DNA of 64,000 nucleotides, taken from the NCBI GenBank assembly GCA_963807605.1, contig CAWECG010000003.1:960001-1024000 (forward strand), in the 5' to 3' direction. The first letter of the stretch is position 1. Each line of letters opens with the position of its first letter. This DNA comes from Candidatus Bathyarchaeota archaeon (lineage in GTDB: Archaea; Thermoproteota; Bathyarchaeia; 40CM-2-53-6; RBG-13-38-9). The notes below the pieces were generated by a model, which was not told where the DNA came from, made no database searches, and saw only the letters and a list, made by a program, of their open reading frames with translations. The translations under genes were made by a program, and so were the position numbers. This document shows positions 60,706-64,000 of the stretch, one piece after another.

Positions 60706-60788
60706 CTACGCGCGCGCTATTATCATTACGATTAAGACTGCAAGAATTGCTAATTTATCCAAGGTAATTTGTCCTCTGGCAAGATTCG

Positions 60789-61979
60789 TCACAGCTCGAA
60801 CTTCTTCAATTGTTCAAGCACGTACCGTCTCGTCTGGTCTACAGTTGGCGGTCTTTCAACAATTTGTCCTTTTCTTATTATAGGCTTAAGCATAGGCTCT
60901 GTCGAACCTCCACAGCTAGAACATCTAGGTTCACTCCTTTCGAACGGTAAGACAATATCCGTCGTGCACTCACGGCAGCGCCAGACTTGTTTTCTACCGC
61001 TGAGTTTACCTCTCTTCGCTTCAGGCCTTCCCTCCTTCTCTACTATATCCAAGGCGAAGTCTATTGTCGGAGCGTTACTGATCGATGTTCCAACGCCGAA
61101 TCCCCTTGCCCCACCTTCGTAGAGCCTCTTGATGCTCTCCTCGTTCAATCCGCCTGACACGTAGATCTTAACATTGCTATACCCTCGTGTGTCTAGCTCC
61201 CATCTGACCTCCCTTACGAGGTCTACGAAGTTGCCTCTTCTTGATGGAGGCGTATCGAGCCTGACACCATGTAGCTTTTCTTTTAGCGTCTCAGCAGCCA
61301 TAATCGCCTCAGTCTTCTCATCATAGTACGTGTCCACAAGGGCTATTCTCATGACATCTTCCGGCATGACTTCGTCGAAGGCTCTCCAAGCCTTGATCTG
61401 GTCGCCAAAGACCATGATAAGAGCATGAGGCATCGTTCCGGTTGGCTTCTTTCCTATCGCGTCAGCTCCTGAAAGGCTTGAGACGCCATCCAATCCTCCA
61501 ATATATGAGGATCTGTCCACCATTCGGGAAATTCCTGGATGAACTCTCCTGATGCCGAAGGAGATCACAAAACTGTCAATAGCAGCCTTCCTGACCCTTG
61601 CTGATTTTGTAGCTATACCAGAAGCTTGGCAGATCAAACCAAGAAAGGGGGTTTCAAAAATGCAAAAGTCTCCGTAGCTTCCTTCGACAGCGGCAACTGG
61701 CGCACGTAATCCATGTACATCTCTCGGTCGGAAGATGGTCCCCTCACTCATCGAATACACATTTACAGGCAAACCTTCGAAGAGCTGTATCACCTCATCA
61801 ACTCCGCAGAGTACGCCCCAAGACCAGCCGTTAGGCAGTTCACCGGCAGTCGCCTCCATCACAACATTCATGTCTGCTAAACCCTTGGCCTGCAACACCT
61901 CCTTAGTTCTCACAAAGTATACGTCGGTAGTTCCCCCACTCTTGATCTCTTGTTCAGAGGCGATATTGAATCGTGCCAA
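60789..61979 (-). CDS. pncB: Nicotinate phosphoribosyltransferase
   Basis: TDVYF, SFGIRR, GTMPHAL, LVDT, VRLDTP, VSGG, GVGT. Confidence 0.94.
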   Translation of the reverse strand: MARFNIASEQEIKSGGTTDVYFVRTKEVLQAKGLADMNVVMEATAGELPNGWSWGVLCGVDEVIQLFEGLPVNVYSMSEGTIFRPRDVHGLRAPVAAVEGSYGDFCIFETPFLGLICQASGIATKSARVRKAAIDSFVISFGIRRVHPGISRMVDRSSYIGGLDGVSSLSGADAIGKKPTGTMPHALIMVFGDQIKAWRAFDEVMPEDVMRIALVDTYYDEKTEAIMAAETLKEKLHGVRLDTPPSRRGNFVDLVREVRWELDTRGYSNVKIYVSGGLNEESIKRLYEGGARGFGVGTSISNAPTIDFALDIVEKEGRPEAKRGKLSGRKQVWRCRECTTDIVLPFERSEPRCSSCGGSTEPMLKPIIRKGQIVERPPTVDQTRRYVLEQLKKFEL

Positions 61980-62300
61980 ATTACATCACACGCAGACCAA
62001 AGATTGTCCTTGGACAAAGTTCAATTGTTACATCTCGAAGCGGCAGGATGTTTAAATAGATTGAGCTTATTTCAAAACAGAAATCCGCTGTGAGAGCATT
62101 ATGAGTGTATTGAAGCTCCCACGCGCGCGTATCACAACTTGTTCAAGAGATCTTATCCAGAAAGATGAGTGTCCTTGACAGAGTTCTTGAGTTACTTTCA
62201 ACGCACCGGAACATTCTGAAAGGTCTTCAAGCTCTGCATAAGCCAGCGCAGGCCGGGAAAAACGCCTGCACTACACAAGTTGAGATTTCACCATTTCTAC

Positions 62301-62639
62301 TCAGGATGTCAAGTACTGTAGTATCGCTGTAATCTGATCCGGAGTGAGCGTAGTCCCAAATGCTGGCATACCTTTATCGATATTGCCTTTCTCTATTGTA
62401 TCTCTGTTTACATTGCTGGCAGTGAGCGCGGGGGCTTTCCCTCCAACACCCTTTGCACCATGGCACGCTTCACAGTTGACTTTGTACAATGCTGCACCGT
62501 CTGCAGCGACGGTTGGCGTCGTAGACTGAGGCGGTGAGTATTGCGAAGTCGGGGCAGGAGATCTAGAAATATAGTAGACTCCAGCCACAGCAATTATCAC
62601 TATAACAACTGCTATCGCTATTATGGAACGACTTACCAA
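62301..62639 (-). CDS. Membrane-anchored monoheme class I cytochrome c
   Basis: N-terminal TM, G..LY..NCEACHG, GMPAF..L...QI..I..YL. Confidence 0.9.
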   Translation of the reverse strand: MVSRSIIAIAVVIVIIAVAGVYYISRSPAPTSQYSPPQSTTPTVAADGAALYKVNCEACHGAKGVGGKAPALTASNVNRDTIEKGNIDKGMPAFGTTLTPDQITAILQYLTS

Positions 62640-62894
62640 ACCAAATGCACCTAAATAGAAATTTGTTATTGATTGATTTAAAAACTTTTAAAACATGATA
62701 GGCAGCATCAGACTGTACCTTTCGACAACTAAGACAGATTTATCGGGAGTCACAAACGATTAGGTGAGAGAACTACTGGATTTCAAACGATCTAAACGCC
62801 TTTTGGTCCCACTCAAATTCACTCGTAAAGCTTTTGGAACGTCCATTTCCATCTATGCAATAGACTCTCCAAATCGAGACAACTGGAGTGATCG

Positions 62895-63686
62895 ATGATG
62901 AGAAAGAACTGCATCCAGATGACCTTGATCCAAGTTGACAATTACGGACCCTGGACATTGAGCTTGGGGCACCAACGTGAACCGTATCTCCAAGTACTGC
63001 AATCAGAACTCTACGCTGAACTTCAAAGACTCTTTTCCCTCAAAGCGGGTTTAGTTTTTCTTGGCCGATTTGATAACATGTTAGCAGTGACTAACGGGAT
63101 ATCGGTGAAGGATCATTCAGAGATTCAACAGAGCATATGTCAACTTTTTCCTGTAACAGTCAGCATGGGAATCGGCGCGGGGGAGTACCCAATAGAAGCA
63201 CAACTAAACGCCACTAGAGCCCTACAGAATCGAGGTAGCTCAAGGCACGCTGAACGTATAAACGTATTAGCTGTAGAGCAACCTCTCGACTCAGAAGCAG
63301 ACGATTTCGTTCAAATTGCACACATAGATTTAAACGACGTGACGACGCTTACAGACTCCATCTCAGCATACGACGCCTTCGTTACGATGATCAAGGTCCA
63401 CGAGACTTTGGCGAAAGCATTTCTCCAATCGAGGTCACTTGTCTTCTTCGCAGGAGGAGACAATTTCCTAGTAGTATCGAACGGCCTGACAGAGGATAAA
63501 TATCGGAAGATATTGAAGGAAGTCTCAGGCGAAGTCGGCTTAGAAATGAAAGCAGGAATAGGCATTGGAAGAACAGCCTCAGAAGCACTTGAACTAGCAA
63601 GCCGAGCACTTGACAGAATTAGAGCCAAAAGGAACGAAATGTACACCACACCATTCCCACACACGCTCCTTGAGACTAAGTTATGA
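62895..63686 (+). CDS. gch3: GTP cyclohydrolase IIa/III
   Basis: IQVDNYGPWT, RE..LQ.LQ, RFDN, IAHID, GGDNF. Confidence 0.94.
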   Translation: MMRKNCIQMTLIQVDNYGPWTLSLGHQREPYLQVLQSELYAELQRLFSLKAGLVFLGRFDNMLAVTNGISVKDHSEIQQSICQLFPVTVSMGIGAGEYPIEAQLNATRALQNRGSSRHAERINVLAVEQPLDSEADDFVQIAHIDLNDVTTLTDSISAYDAFVTMIKVHETLAKAFLQSRSLVFFAGGDNFLVVSNGLTEDKYRKILKEVSGEVGLEMKAGIGIGRTASEALELASRALDRIRAKRNEMYTTPFPHTLLETKL

Positions 63687-64000
63687 AGACTTTGATAGAA
63701 GCACCGTTCCTATTGTCAGGGGACGAGATGAAACTCACCAGACAAGGATATGTCCTCATAGATCACGATACAATTGCTGAAGTAGGAACCGGTTCGCGGC
63801 CTCAAACCGAAAAGACCCTCCGATGCAAGCATTCAATCATTATCCCAGGCCTGATAAATTCACACATCCACCTGGGAGATTCAGCGTTCAAAGACGCCGG
63901 CTCAGGAAAGACTCTAGATGAACTCTTCAAACCGCCTAACGGTTTGAAGCACAAGCTACTGAAGGCCGCCACAAGATCCCTTCTATTGGAAGCGGCAAGA
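63683..64000 (+). CDS. Amidohydrolase-family protein (3'-truncated by window edge)
   Basis: MKTLIE..IIPGLINSHIHLGDSAFKD..PPNGLKH (HxH motif); not in ORF track. Confidence 0.88.
   Translation, partial: MKTLIEAPFLLSGDEMKLTRQGYVLIDHDTIAEVGTGSRPQTEKTLRCKHSIIIPGLINSHIHLGDSAFKDAGSGKTLDELFKPPNGLKHKLLKAATRSLLLEAAR

Noticed and set aside
62248-62269. GCAGGCCGGGAA hairpin as SRP RNA helix 8
   Set aside because: Lacks the GGAA loop/AGCA symmetric loop and the long GC-rich body; just a small hairpin after the cytochrome gene

Overview
Archaeal chromosomal window. The TACK-type gene content (Csl4, Nop10, L44e, GINS, PriS/PriL, CarS, AfpA, large PEF-tailed surface proteins) and frequent TTG/CTG starts most resemble Bathyarchaeia; this taxonomy is an inference. 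The right part (about 37.7-64 kb) is a dense core block for translation, replication, transcription and ribosome biogenesis: IleRS, PAC2-Nop10-aIF2a-S27e-L44e-GINS-PriS-PriL-PCNA-TFS, RpoL-Csl4, Dph2-uL16, KsgA, Nob1, aIF5A-DHS-SRP54-L21e-RpoF. The left part (1-37.7 kb) is an eroding accessory region. It holds metabolic genes, a YHS-CopA copper module, surface proteins, ABC-2 exporters and more than a dozen truncated or frameshifted relics. Four observations stand out. (1) A largely non-coding island at 21.4-23.3 kb has three different iteron-like arrays with 8-bp pair spacing, hairpins and an inverted composite motif (AGCGWAGCGAGC-N10/11-TGGTGGTGGTG), but no Rep gene. (2) A TACGCGCGCG / alternating-CG motif recurs outside intact genes and at apparent deletion or inversion junctions. 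(3) The aIF2-alpha gene appears intact but its only plausible start is ATC. (4) An OSTC/DC2-like oligosaccharyltransferase subunit lies near a truncated AglB. No tRNA, rRNA, CRISPR array or intact transposase was recognised. All product calls come from motif recognition by eye, not database searches.
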